Positions 38,764 through 48,520 of a stretch of DNA of 64,000 nt are shown one piece after another. The stretch's first letter is position 1. The number at the start of each line of letters is the position of its first letter. A program made the translations under genes and the position numbers. This stretch comes from Zestosphaera tikiterensis (lineage in GTDB: Archaea; Thermoproteota; Thermoprotei_A; Sulfolobales; NBVN01), in the NCBI GenBank assembly GCA_003056265.1, contig NBVN01000002.1, forward strand, positions 83,700 through 147,699, written 5' to 3'. The notes beneath the pieces were generated by a model. The model made no database searches. It saw only the letters and a list, made by a program, of their open reading frames with translations, and was not told the DNA's origin.

Positions 38764-39196
38764 CGCCCATTAAAGGGGAGCGTGAGCTGGGTTTAGAGCG
38801 TCGTGAGACAGCTCGGACTCTACCCACGGGGGGTGCGGGCCGCCTGAGGGGAAGGCATCCCAAGTACGAAAGGAACGGGATGTCGCGGCCTCTGGTCTAC
38901 CGGCTGTCCGGCAGGGCATGCCGGGCAGCTACGCCGTGCGAGCTAACCGCTGAAAGCATCTAAGCGGGAAGCTCGCCCCGAAAAGAGGCGGCCGTTCGCC
39001 GGAGGTTCCCTCCGGCGACGAGGGCACCCGTAGAAGACGGGTTTGATGGGGCGGGGGTGTATGCCCGCCGCTCCCAATAGCCCGAGGCTGACGCTTGCCG
39101 GGTGTTGGTTAGTACGGTGTTGATAGAACCTGTGCGTGGCGTGAGGTATTTCTTAATCATTTATTTTGAGGTATTCACCTCATCGTTTTTAAACGT

Positions 39197-39991
39197 TCAT
39201 AACCTCATACGACCTTCTACGAATTCCTTAAGGGTTTGTAATTCAACGTATTTCTCACTGCCTACGTTTAAATTTATGTTTAAGGGGGTTATAGTTACAC
39301 ACCCTTCCTCAAACCTCTTAACGTCGCTATCCTCCTCCAGCGAAGACCTCACAACCTTAAGCCAGTAGTAGTCATGACCTCTTGGATCAACCCCCTTAAC
39401 GTATGTAGCTCTCCACCTAAGTCTAGCTGCTTTAACTACGTCAACGCAGTTGCTGTAATTCATAGGTATGTTAACGGAGAGTACGTCAACACCTTGAGGT
39501 AGACCGTAAACCAACACATACTCAGTTAAAGCCCTAATAACTTGAGACGCAACACCTCTAAACCTCACATTGCTGAAGCCCTCGAAAGATTCGGAACCTG
39601 AAGAAAAAGCCACAGCAGGTATACCCATCAAAGCAGCTTCAATAGCTAAAGCTACCGTACCGCTGTAGAATATATGTTGCAACGATAGATTATCACCGAC
39701 GTTAACGCCTGAAAGCACCACATCCGGCTTAAAACCTAGGACCTCCATAGCTAAGTGCAGCCCATCAACTGGAGTGCCGTCAGTAACGTAAACATCCCAC
39801 CCCTCCCAACCCTTCCTAACAAACCTCAAAGGCTTGCTGAAGGTTATCTCCCTACCAGTAGCTGACCTAGGGCTCTCAGTAGAAACTATCAAAACCTCAC
39901 CTAAATCAGCTACGGAGCCAGCAAGCAGGTAAAGACCTGGGCTTAAATACCCGTCATCATTCGAAACTAAGATCCTCCAACTCAACTCCAA
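39197..39991 (-). CDS. surE: 5'/3'-nucleotidase SurE
   Basis: 264 aa with the N-terminal ILVSNDDGY signature. Confidence 0.88.
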   Translation of the reverse strand: MELSWRILVSNDDGYLSPGLYLLAGSVADLGEVLIVSTESPRSATGREITFSKPLRFVRKGWEGWDVYVTDGTPVDGLHLAMEVLGFKPDVVLSGVNVGDNLSLQHIFYSGTVALAIEAALMGIPAVAFSSGSESFEGFSNVRFRGVASQVIRALTEYVLVYGLPQGVDVLSVNIPMNYSNCVDVVKAARLRWRATYVKGVDPRGHDYYWLKVVRSSLEEDSDVKRFEEGCVTITPLNINLNVGSEKYVELQTLKEFVEGRMRL

Positions 39992-40114
39992 CCCTAAATA
40001 GTATGGTTACTAACGTAAAATAACTTAAAAATAATAAGTGCTGAAGTAAGAAATCATAGGCAATGAGGGAGGCTGGTATTACTGACGAGTGATGAAAGAC
40101 ACCGGAACCGAGCC

Positions 40115-40882
40115 ATAATAAACGAAGGAGACTTAGTACTTATTTATATAGACCCTAGAAGACATAAAGTAATACAGGTAAAGAGAAGTAAAACCCTACA
40201 TACGGATAAGGGGTACGTAAGGCTTGACGACCTAATAGGTTTGGAGTGGGGCACACAGATAACTTTAAGCACAGGAGCTAAAGCATACGTGCTTAAACCA
40301 ACCTTAAACGACGTATTGATGACAGCCTTCAAAAGAGTGACGCAGGTTATATATCCTAAAGACATATCATTAATGATATTCTACTCAGGCATTAAACAAG
40401 GCTCTAAAGTCCTTGAGTCAGGAGTGGGTACGGGCTTCCTCACAGCAGCGCTTGCTTGGTACGTAGGTAACGAAGGGCATATCTACGGCTACGAAATAAA
40501 CGAGAAATACGTAGAGGTAGCGCGTAGAAACCTCGAATTGATAGGCCTAGCAGATAGAGTCACTATAAAAAATAAAGACGTAACTCAAAACGTAGATGAG
40601 GTGGAACTCGACGCCGCATTCCTAGACATACCAAACCCTTGGGATGCGTTACCGCAACTCAACAAAGCTTTAAAACCCTCAGCCACAGCCGTGATTTTCA
40701 TACCAACAGTAAATCAAATAATCAAAACAACGCAAGCGCTACTTAAAGAGGGGTTTATAGACGTTAAAGTGTTTGAAACAACCCTTAGGGAATACCAACC
40801 AAATCCAGAAGCGCTTAGACCTAAGACGTTCTACGTAACGCATACAGGCTACATAATCACAGCAAGAAAAACAAAACAGTAA
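40115..40882 (+). CDS. trmI: tRNA (adenine-N1)-methyltransferase TrmI/Gcd14 family; start codon unresolved
   Basis: The SAM-binding motif LESGVGTGFLT is present, and the conserved N-domain IINEGDLVLIYIDPRRHKVIQVKRSKTLHTDKGYVRLDDLIG is encoded upstream of the first canonical start (TTG 40241). The frame is open from 40067 with no ATG/GTG/TTG. ATA codons lie at 40115 and 40118. Confidence 0.75.
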   Translation: MINEGDLVLIYIDPRRHKVIQVKRSKTLHTDKGYVRLDDLIGLEWGTQITLSTGAKAYVLKPTLNDVLMTAFKRVTQVIYPKDISLMIFYSGIKQGSKVLESGVGTGFLTAALAWYVGNEGHIYGYEINEKYVEVARRNLELIGLADRVTIKNKDVTQNVDEVELDAAFLDIPNPWDALPQLNKALKPSATAVIFIPTVNQIIKTTQALLKEGFIDVKVFETTLREYQPNPEALRPKTFYVTHTGYIITARKTKQ

Positions 40883-41105
40883 CAAATTAAACCGCACACC
40901 GCTTTAAACTCCAAACCAAGATAATGCGCTACCGCACACACACTCGCGCATATCGACTCCCACCTCAAAGAGCGGGAATCCACTCAGAGGAGTTTACTTG
41001 TCTTAAATACATTCCTCTCACCCCTTACGAGCTGAGATCACCAGATCGTAAAATCCAACGTTTTTTAATTTATTATAAACAGCTAAGATATCTCCGGTGT
41101 AGGAA

Positions 41106-41738
41106 GTGCTTGTTAAGTTAATCGCCTGGTCTTCCGGCCTCGTTAAAGACCCCCGCAGACTCGTGTTACTAGCTATAAAGACATCAGCAGGCAAGCTAAA
41201 GGAAAAACCCCTCGAACATTACCTTAAGGAATATCCTGAAGACAGACTCAGCGAGTGGTTATTACAAGCAGTTAAATACCCCTCAACATTAGAACACATT
41301 ACATTCACATTCTACATAGAAGGGATATCCAGAGTCACCAGCCATCAGCTAGTAAGGCATAGAATAGCTTCATACACGCAAGAAAGTCAGAGATACTCAA
41401 CAGCAGAAAACGACTACATCACACCACCGTCGATAGCCAACAACATGTGGGAGCTTAAATTCAAGGAGTACGTAAATAAAGCCTACGAGTTATATAATGA
41501 AATGATTAAGTCAGGCATACCTTACGAAGACGCTAGATACATACTACCTCAAGCATCGTCAACACGCCTCTTAATGACTGTAAACCTTAGGGAATTCATC
41601 CACATAGCATGCTTACGAACGTCAATACACGCGCAGTGGGAAATCAAAGAACTCTTAAACTCCATGGTAAATGAAGTCTCTAAGGTAATCCCAGAAATAA
41701 ATGAGTTAATACTGAAGGGATGTGAAGAAGGGATTTAA
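41106..41738 (+). CDS. thyX: flavin-dependent thymidylate synthase
   Basis: 210 aa with the ThyX motif RHRIASYTQESQRY. Confidence 0.9.
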   Translation: MLVKLIAWSSGLVKDPRRLVLLAIKTSAGKLKEKPLEHYLKEYPEDRLSEWLLQAVKYPSTLEHITFTFYIEGISRVTSHQLVRHRIASYTQESQRYSTAENDYITPPSIANNMWELKFKEYVNKAYELYNEMIKSGIPYEDARYILPQASSTRLLMTVNLREFIHIACLRTSIHAQWEIKELLNSMVNEVSKVIPEINELILKGCEEGI

Positions 41739-41776
41739 CATAATTATAACGTTCTTAACGGGCTCATCACACCCCT

Positions 41777-42415
41777 TCAGCACTCAATTATGTTAAACAA
41801 CTCCCTTAAATCATAAACTACGTAATCGGGGGCAACCCTAGTGTTCTTACACGTCCCCCTACATACCAGCACAGCAATAGAGCCTATCTCCTTAGCTGGC
41901 AACACGTCGTATTCCGTATCGCCAACAACCACCGCTTCACTGAAGGTAAGGTTAAGCTTCTTAATAGCTAACACGAAAGTTTCAGGGTCTGGCTTACCCT
42001 TACCGACGATATCGCTGCCGACCACCACATCCACGTAATTTCTAATCCCCACAGCGTTTAACACAGCTTCAATCGTTTCAACGTTGGTGGAGGACGCCAC
42101 ACCCACCGAAACTTTACATTCAAATTTCAACCTACTTAAAACCTCAGGAACCTCACTATACAGCTTAACCTCATTCACCCTACTTAAATAGAGCTTCCTT
42201 TTAAACCTAGCCAACCTCAGAGCTAGGCCCTCATCCTTAACTAACGTCTTAGCTATATCCTCAGCCGACATTCCAACAAAACCTCTAACCTTCTTGGGAT
42301 CCACCTCCACACCGAAAACACGGCCTGCTTCAACCCACGTGCTTACATGCAAATCGACGCTATCCACCAACGTACCATCTAAGTCAAAAATCACGCCTTT
42401 AACCCTCGCAGGCAT
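41777..42415 (-). CDS. HAD-superfamily hydrolase (phosphatase/beta-phosphoglucomutase-like)
   Basis: 212 aa with motif I VIFDLDGTLVDS and motif IV VVGDTEYD. Confidence 0.8.
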   Translation of the reverse strand: MPARVKGVIFDLDGTLVDSVDLHVSTWVEAGRVFGVEVDPKKVRGFVGMSAEDIAKTLVKDEGLALRLARFKRKLYLSRVNEVKLYSEVPEVLSRLKFECKVSVGVASSTNVETIEAVLNAVGIRNYVDVVVGSDIVGKGKPDPETFVLAIKKLNLTFSEAVVVGDTEYDVLPAKEIGSIAVLVCRGTCKNTRVAPDYVVYDLRELFNIIEC

Positions 42416-42434
42416 AGCCTACACCCCCAATAAA

Positions 42435-42734
42435 CTAAGCGCTGGGTAACAACCTGTAAAGGACTTCATAAACAGCTACCCACGAGATAAACTCAACCGA
42501 GTAGAATAAGCTAATACTTAAAGCCTTTCCGGAGGCTTTAACTATCCTACTATAGATAAAGATGTAAATAAAATAGCTTAAGAAATACACAGCAACTAAA
42601 GCCACATCAAAGAATACGTTGCTAAACCTCAACCAACGCTTAACTACAAATGAAGTAACGCCTAAAACAACACCATAGAATACGCCGAAGTACAAGCTTC
42701 TTTTAAGCAATGGCTCCACATCATCCACCTCCAC
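42435..42734 (-). CDS. hypothetical membrane protein
   Basis: 99 aa with three hydrophobic segments. It overlaps the upstream ORF by 14 nt. Confidence 0.4.
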   Translation of the reverse strand: MEVDDVEPLLKRSLYFGVFYGVVLGVTSFVVKRWLRFSNVFFDVALVAVYFLSYFIYIFIYSRIVKASGKALSISLFYSVEFISWVAVYEVLYRLLPSA

Positions 42735-43278
42735 ATAACTCTTTAACCTTACTTAAAACTTCATTACCTAAAGAACACAGCGTTGAAACGTAGCCTTTAA
42801 TCACATTAACATCGCATAAATGAACCTTAAGGGATGAGATCTCCGTAAGTGAAGAACTACAGAAGACTTCACCACCCTTTAAAAGCAACGCTTTAAGAAC
42901 CAACCTACCGTCGCGTGCCTTACGCACCTGCGTAAAAATAGATAGATCCCCACCTACTTTTTTAACGCATCGAAGCTCCCCACCCACGCTGGAACACACA
43001 CCTAAAAACCCTCTAAACCTAGATAAAGCACCGCATTCTAAAGTAACAACTAAGTAAACCTCCATATAACAAGAACTTACGTACCCGAGAATCCCCCTAA
43101 AGAAATCTTCAGGAGGACTCTCCCCACAACGACCTCTTAAAAAAACCTTAAAGAAACCCGAGCTGGAATCAAGGACAAGAACTTCACCACGCCACAACTT
43201 TACGAATTTACTAAAACCAACGTAGTCACTCCTTACCTTACCGGACACCACAAAGTTTAACATTACATCACCATCCAT
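42721..43278 (-). CDS. hypothetical protein
   Basis: 185 aa ORF. I recognise no family. Confidence 0.4.
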   Translation of the reverse strand: MDGDVMLNFVVSGKVRSDYVGFSKFVKLWRGEVLVLDSSSGFFKVFLRGRCGESPPEDFFRGILGYVSSCYMEVYLVVTLECGALSRFRGFLGVCSSVGGELRCVKKVGGDLSIFTQVRKARDGRLVLKALLLKGGEVFCSSSLTEISSLKVHLCDVNVIKGYVSTLCSLGNEVLSKVKELCGGG

Positions 43279-43422
43279 AAAAACTACCTATCACGCAGCT
43301 TATAGGCGCTCTATATTAAATAACCTACACAATTAAAACTACCCAAATGGTGGGATATCAACAACACTTTAAAATCTATGGCGTAAGGAAGAACATAGTA
43401 CTTCGTTAAGAGGGATGCGGGA

Positions 43423-43671
43423 TTGAGCCCAGCCAATAGATATACATGCCTCGTATGCGGTAGGAAATTCCCTGAAGGGCAAGGAGTAACGTTAGAAGTC
43501 GGTAGTAGGAAATACGCGTTTCACAGTAAAACATGTGCGTTGAAGTTTTTGAAGAAAGCCTTAGAAAACATCGAAATCAACGCATTAATTAACACCTTCG
43601 ATAAAACAGCTAAGGAGTTTGAAGAAGTTTTAAAAAGTAAGAGCGAATTAAAATCTAAGAAGATAGGGTAG
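43423..43671 (+). CDS. small zinc-ribbon (TRASH-like) protein
   Basis: 82 aa with a CLVCGRKF...FHSKTC ligand pattern. Confidence 0.45.
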   Translation: MSPANRYTCLVCGRKFPEGQGVTLEVGSRKYAFHSKTCALKFLKKALENIEINALINTFDKTAKEFEEVLKSKSELKSKKIG

Positions 43672-43691
43672 AAAGCTACAGCATCAACTCA

Positions 43692-43982
43692 TCATCTCTG
43701 ATGACATAGCTTTACTATCACATCAGTTAGTTCCTTAAATGACTTCACGTCCCTCCCATATTGAATAAATACAACATTCGGAAATTCCTTAACTACGTCG
43801 AAAACGTGAACATCTCTATCGTCCACGTATATAAGCAATTCAACATAAACCTCATCGGAAATCTCCTTAGAGAGTTTAGCTAAATAATCTTTAAGCATTA
43901 AATGTTTATTAGGATGAAACTCTATTAGATGAGCGTCAAACAATTCATAAATCCCGAAAAGCTTTAAAGCCGTAGCACGTTC
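43692..43982 (-). pseudogene. C-terminal half of an MDP-1-like HAD phosphatase gene split by IS insertion
   Basis: It encodes ERATALKLFGIYELFDAHLIEFHPNKHLMLKDYL...ELLIYVDDRDVHVFDVVKEFPNVVFIQY (HAD motif IV DD). The coding frame continues upstream of the track Met to 43982. Confidence 0.7.
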
Positions 43983-44012
43983 TATATAATTTCTTGATAT
44001 TCTTAAATAGTC

Positions 44013-44153
44013 TTAATCACTTTCTTCTATGGCTATAACGTTAATTTCTTTTCCGTGGAGCTTCTTAAGCTTCTCCTGGTATTCCTTTGGTGGGTATATT
44101 AGGTATCTTGTGTTGCTTTTAACTACTCTAGCTTTAAAGACGTATATCAGCAT
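44013..44153 (-). CDS. 46-aa ORF inside the left part of the IS element
   Basis: It reads MLIYVFKARVVKSNTRYLIYPPKEYQEKLKKLHGKEINVIAIEESD. No confident family; it may not be expressed. Confidence 0.2.
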   Translation of the reverse strand: MLIYVFKARVVKSNTRYLIYPPKEYQEKLKKLHGKEINVIAIEESD

Positions 44154-44232
44154 ATATTCACTCACCAAGATGTGGTCTGTGCATAAAAGCTCATAAATCT
44201 ATACACCAATAGAGTTTTTAGGTGTTTGCCTG

Positions 44233-45465
44233 ATGAAGGCGTTTATCCGCTCTAGAGTTGGGCGGATGCCTGAGGGAGTATATCATAGGGCTTTAAAAGC
44301 TGAGGCTGAGGTTGTAGATGGGGATATTGGGGATCTACTCTATGACTTAGCCATTCATAGATACGTTCTTCAGAGGGTTGTGGATGCGTTATGGGATTTG
44401 GGGGAGATACCTAAGAAAGATCAAGCACATCAAATGTTCTACGAAATGCTTAGAGTATATGGTTTTAGAGCACATGTAGCTAGAAACATATACAACACAG
44501 CAATAGCTTTTTAGTTAAATCCACTAAAAACAACGGAGGTTCAAAACCTACCGTTAAAAAGCTTAGTGCTAGACTAGACCATCAAGACGCTAAAGTAAAT
44601 TTAAGCAACAGAACAGTTAGAATAATCCTTAGAGATAAATGGTATACACTCAGAATTAAGCACAGGAATGGATATATTGAAAGATTCGAAGGCTTGAAGT
44701 GGAAGGAGGTTCACGTTAAATACCGTAGTGGTAAGCTCTACGTTAGCATAGTGTTTAAGGTAAGATACACACCATACATTCCTAAAGGTGTTGTAGCTCT
44801 AGACCTGAATTTGAGGTGTGTCGTATCGTATGATGGCTCTGATGTTAGGAGGTATAGAACTAAATTTATAGATGCTCTCAGTAAAAAAGCTAGAGCTGAA
44901 GAAATTCGGAAGAAGTATCCTAAGAGGTGGAGATACAATAGGAAGATTTTGAAGAGGGTTAGGAGCCTCCATAGGAGGTCTAGAAATATTGTTGTGGATT
45001 GGTGTGGGAAGTACGCTAAAGAAATTACGTGGAAGGCTAAGAAATATGGCTACGCAATAGCTTTAGAAGATTTAAAGGAACTTAGAAAATCATTCAATAA
45101 TAAAAATGATAGAGTTGTTTGGAAGCTCACGATGTTCGCATATAGGAGGCTTCAAGAATCAATAATGAATAAAGCTATTGAGTATAACGTCCCCATAGTG
45201 TTTGTGAATCCAAAGAAAACATCTTCAACATGTCCAAGATGTAAATCAAAAGTTAGATATAATTGGAAGATTCGGGATATGTAACAAATGCGGGTTTAAA
45301 GCCGATAGAGATGTAATAGGAGCTATAAACATTTGGCTGAAGGTTTTAAAAGCGTGTGCGGGGGTGTTTGGGTCGCCCCTAAGAGCCTCCGCAGTGAAGG
45401 ATGAAACCAGACAGAGCGGAGGAACAAAACATGAGGGGATGAAGAAAGTAATCAGAAGTAACTAA
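44233..45465 (+). pseudogene. tnpB: TnpB (IS605 OrfB-type RNA-guided nuclease) with two frameshifts
   Basis: Three frame segments are 44233-44514, 44514-45284 and ~45253-45465. RuvC-like residues are present in VVALDLN, AIALEDL and KADRDVIGAINI, and the zinc finger is CPRC...CNKC. The first shift lies in a T5 run at ~44507-44511. Confidence 0.8.
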
Positions 45466-45500
45466 AAGCGATTGAGAGTATCATTCAGACTCGAACCCTC

Positions 45501-45725
45501 TTCAGCTACTTCCCTCACATTCCAACTCAACGTAACTACCTTAAAACCCATTTCTTTACAGAAAGTTACTAACTCACGTACGCCTTCACGTAAATTAACT
45601 TTAACGCCTTGAGAATCTACTATAGTGTAGTCATCCAACTTTTTGAAAGGCGGGTTTAACGCCGATATATCCAGCGTATCCCAAACAACGCCGTCTAGAT
45701 CAAGCGCTAAGATCCTTATCCTCAA
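45501..45725 (-). pseudogene. N-terminal half of the split MDP-1-like HAD phosphatase gene
   Basis: It reads MRIRILALDLDGVVWDT (HAD motif I) ... VVTLSWNVREVAE. The track ORF reads on into IS sequence (GSSLNDTLNRF*). Confidence 0.7.
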
Positions 45726-45811
45726 GTCCTCAACCCTAAGCTGATTAACGCCGATTTATTTAAGCGTAACGAACTTAATTAGCGGTTTTAAACCCTTAAA
45801 CACCTTATTTT

Positions 45812-45870
45812 AAATGAATGATGAGTGTGGCGGTCACGGAACAGTGAAGACTTAGGAGCCCACTGACTTA
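45812..45870 (+). ncRNA. candidate C/D box sRNA
   Basis: C box AUGAUGA (45818-45824), 12-nt guide, D' CGGA, 3-nt spacer, C' GUGAAGA, 12-nt guide, D box CUGA (45863-45866). It is intergenic. A small hairpin plus a T run follows at ~45875-45900. Confidence 0.5.
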
Positions 45871-46074
45871 ACTCTAACGAAATCATTACCTTCGTTTTTT
45901 ACATTGGGTTCATTAAGTGAAGGTAGCAGTGGAAGAATCGCTACACTTAATTAGGTAATCGATGAAGTCAATGAAAAATTAGTGAAGCGATTCAAGCACG
46001 CTTCAAATAGCCATATATTCCATGTTTTTTAAAGAGGGTTTTGGAAAAAAGCTTTGATGCTTACCTCGGCTTTA

Positions 46075-46368
46075 TTACTCCTTCTTGCTTATTATTATTT
46101 CTATCGTCGAGACTCTAGACTGTTTGCCTTCAGAGCTAGTTACTACCTGACTTCCGATCTTTATCTCCTTAACGTTTACTTTCTCAGGTAGAAACCTGCT
46201 CCTAACAATCTCTACTGTGTCGACAGCTTTGCTTATAGCTCGTCCCCTAGCCTTAATGACGATCTCAGGCACTCCTTGGTTTAACAGAGTTAGAGTTGCT
46301 AATACGTAGTTCATTACGGGTTTCTTACCTACTAACACTACGTTGCTAGACATCGGACCTTGCGCCAT
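46075..46368 (-). CDS. albA: Alba (Sac10b family) DNA/RNA-binding protein
   Basis: 97 aa. [22 protein letters not shown]...[22 protein letters not shown] is the typical Alba core. Confidence 0.9.
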   Translation of the reverse strand: MAQGPMSSNVVLVGKKPVMNYVLATLTLLNQGVPEIVIKARGRAISKAVDTVEIVRSRFLPEKVNVKEIKIGSQVVTSSEGKQSRVSTIEIIISKKE

Positions 46369-46508
46369 TTCTACACACCTTGTTGTTGCTTGTTTTTATT
46401 TCGTTAATGTTTAATACGGTTAGCCTTAAAAAGTTTTTCCTATTAATGAAGAAGGAACGTCCCCACTAATATATAAGTTCCAGCGTGAATAAATGATTAG
46501 ATGGGAGT

Positions 46509-46841
46509 ATGGAATTCGAAGGGAGAGTTAAGGCGTTGTTTAACGGATATGCTAAAATAGATAAAATACCCGTTAACATAGCTAAGGGTTTGGCGGAGGC
46601 TAAGATCACACCTCAAGACTTAACCAATCCCATCGCTTTCCAGCTAGCTTTTTCAAGGCTTTACGATGCCCTACTTAAGGTGGTGGAAAGCGGAAGCGAA
46701 CCGTCATACATAGCTGAAGTTAGGTTTAAAGACAGCTTAGGCAATGAAGTGGTTATGGCTGTAGACCTAGGTAAGGAAATGCCGGCTTTCACAAGCAACG
46801 TAGTTAGAGCTAAAATCACTGTAGAGTTGTTTGAAGAGTAG
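46509..46841 (+). CDS. hypothetical protein, probably co-transcribed with the helicase
   Basis: 110 aa ORF ending 23 nt before the helicase start. I recognise no family. Confidence 0.45.
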   Translation: MEFEGRVKALFNGYAKIDKIPVNIAKGLAEAKITPQDLTNPIAFQLAFSRLYDALLKVVESGSEPSYIAEVRFKDSLGNEVVMAVDLGKEMPAFTSNVVRAKITVELFEE

Positions 46842-46864
46842 TTGCGTTGCTAGGATGAGATTTA

Positions 46865-48520
46865 ATGAAGGATGAAGACCTAATCGTGAGGTATAAGGGT
46901 TGGCTCAGTAGGGAAGACTTCAGTAAAATGATTGAAATAGCTGATTACTTAGGGAAAGACCTAGGTGCTATAGCCTTCAGACTATCTAAAGAGAAGATAA
47001 TGCGTAACAACCTAACCGTCGACGAAGTTCTAAGCATACTTGACGACATCGGCATCGAATACAGTGACGCGTTAGTGGAGACGTTAAATAAAGTCTTATC
47101 TAAAAACCTGGGAAGAGCCGTTATTAGTTTTGACGGGGCTAAGATATACGTAAAATTCGATAGATTCATAGGTGAGACATACCACAACAAGTTGAAAAAC
47201 CTCCTTAAATACGACTTTAAATCTAAAGCGTTCTATACATACCCGTTCAACTATTTTAAAACGAAGAACATACTTAAGGAGCTGGGGTTCACAGTAGAGG
47301 ATTTAACAGGTTTTAAAGAAACTAACGCGTTACCACTTAAGGTAGAGTTTAAAGGAAGCCTTAGGGAATACCAGAAAGAAGCTTTAGATGCGTGGTGGAA
47401 GGCCTCAGGGCAAGGAATTATAGCCCTCCCTACAGGCGCTGGAAAAACAGTCGTTGGCATAGCAGCTCTTTCCCTAGTCAACGAAGCGACTTTAATAATC
47501 GCCTACACGAAAGAACAGCTAATGCAGTGGGAGAAATTCATCGTTAAATTCACGAACTTAAGTCCCTCATTGATAGGGCTTTACTATAGTGAGGAGAAGA
47601 AATTAGCGCCTATAACCTTAGCTACTTACCAAACAGCATACAGATATATGAGTAAGTTAGCACCTTACTTCAGCCTTCTAATAATAGACGAGGTACATCA
47701 CCTGCCAGCAGATAAATTCAGACATATAGCTATTACATCACCAGCTAAGTTTAGAATGGGTCTCTCAGCTACACCATATAGAGAAGATGGAAAACATGAA
47801 GATCTCTTCCCACTTATGGGTGGGGTTGTATACTATAAATCACCTTACGAACTTGCTGAAATGGGTTACTTAGCTAGGTATAGGGTAGTAACCATACGAG
47901 TTGAGTTGAAGGGAGAGGAGAAGAAGAGGTATTTAGAGCTTAGGAAGGCTTTCAAAGAGCTTTCCGGAGGTCTAGACTTCAAGACGTTGGTGGACTTAGC
48001 CAAGTCCGGAAATCAAAGAGCCATTCAAGCCCTTAAAGTTCACAGCGAAATCATGAAGATACTTTCTACGTGTAGAGCTAAAGTAGATAAGGTTAAGGAG
48101 TTGGTAGAGCGTGAGGTAGCTGAAGGGAGGAAGGTTATAGTCTTCGCTCATTACGTCTCTCTAGCTGAGGAAATAGCTAAGGAAACCAACGCATATCTAC
48201 TTACCGGTGAACTAGACGAAGCGAGAAGGAGGAGTATTTTAGAACAATTTAAAAACGCGAAATCAGGGGTTTTAGTTGTTACGACTGTGGGAGACGAAGG
48301 CATCGACATTCCTGACGCTTCAGTGGGGATATTCGTCGCTGGAACCGGGTCAAGAAGGCAATTCATTCAAAGGCTGGGAAGGCTTTTAAGACCTCAGCCA
48401 GGTAAAGAGGCAGTTCTCTACGAAGTAGTTGTTAAAGGCACAAGCGAGGAACTTCAGTCGAGGAGAAGGAAGACTTTAAGCTTAGAAGACTTAGCAGACG
48501 TAGATGAAAGCTCTGATTAA
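46865..48520 (+). CDS. XPB/Rad25-like superfamily 2 DNA helicase
   Basis: 551 aa with ALPTGAGKT (motif I), DEVHH (motif II), SATP (motif III) and an N-terminal XPB-type domain. Confidence 0.85.
   Translation: MKDEDLIVRYKGWLSREDFSKMIEIADYLGKDLGAIAFRLSKEKIMRNNLTVDEVLSILDDIGIEYSDALVETLNKVLSKNLGRAVISFDGAKIYVKFDRFIGETYHNKLKNLLKYDFKSKAFYTYPFNYFKTKNILKELGFTVEDLTGFKETNALPLKVEFKGSLREYQKEALDAWWKASGQGIIALPTGAGKTVVGIAALSLVNEATLIIAYTKEQLMQWEKFIVKFTNLSPSLIGLYYSEEKKLAPITLATYQTAYRYMSKLAPYFSLLIIDEVHHLPADKFRHIAITSPAKFRMGLSATPYREDGKHEDLFPLMGGVVYYKSPYELAEMGYLARYRVVTIRVELKGEEKKRYLELRKAFKELSGGLDFKTLVDLAKSGNQRAIQALKVHSEIMKILSTCRAKVDKVKELVEREVAEGRKVIVFAHYVSLAEEIAKETNAYLLTGELDEARRRSILEQFKNAKSGVLVVTTVGDEGIDIPDASVGIFVAGTGSRRQFIQRLGRLLRPQPGKEAVLYEVVVKGTSEELQSRRRKTLSLEDLADVDESSD

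Larger units (their letters stand above)
34592..39098 (+). rRNA. rrl: 23S rRNA gene interrupted by about six insertions (about 3036 nt after removal); ends good to ~20 nt
   Basis: Conserved LSU blocks are present: GGTGGATGGCTCGGC, GACCGATAGCGCACTAAGTACCGTGAGGGAAAG, GACTGTTTAATAAAAACATAG, GGATAACAGGGTC, GCTGGGTTTAGAGCGTCGTGAGACAGCTCGG. The gene is bounded by the processing stem. Confidence 0.93.
43983..45500 (+). mobile_element. IS200/IS605-family element of the TnpB-only (IS1341-like) type, ~1.5 kb, decayed
   Basis: It separates the two halves of one HAD gene. It carries a tnpB with two frameshifts and no tnpA. TTC is present on both flanks (43980-43982 and 45501-45503). Confidence 0.7.

Noticed and set aside
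40924-41121. 65-aa ORF between trmI and thyX, and the similar small ORFs at 599-796, 3477-3713, 6908-7096, 24475-24672 and 59423-59686.
   Set aside because: They sit in intergenic or antisense positions, have Arg/Cys/Leu-rich odd composition and show no motifs. The ORF at 59423-59686 is read from the GC-rich element.
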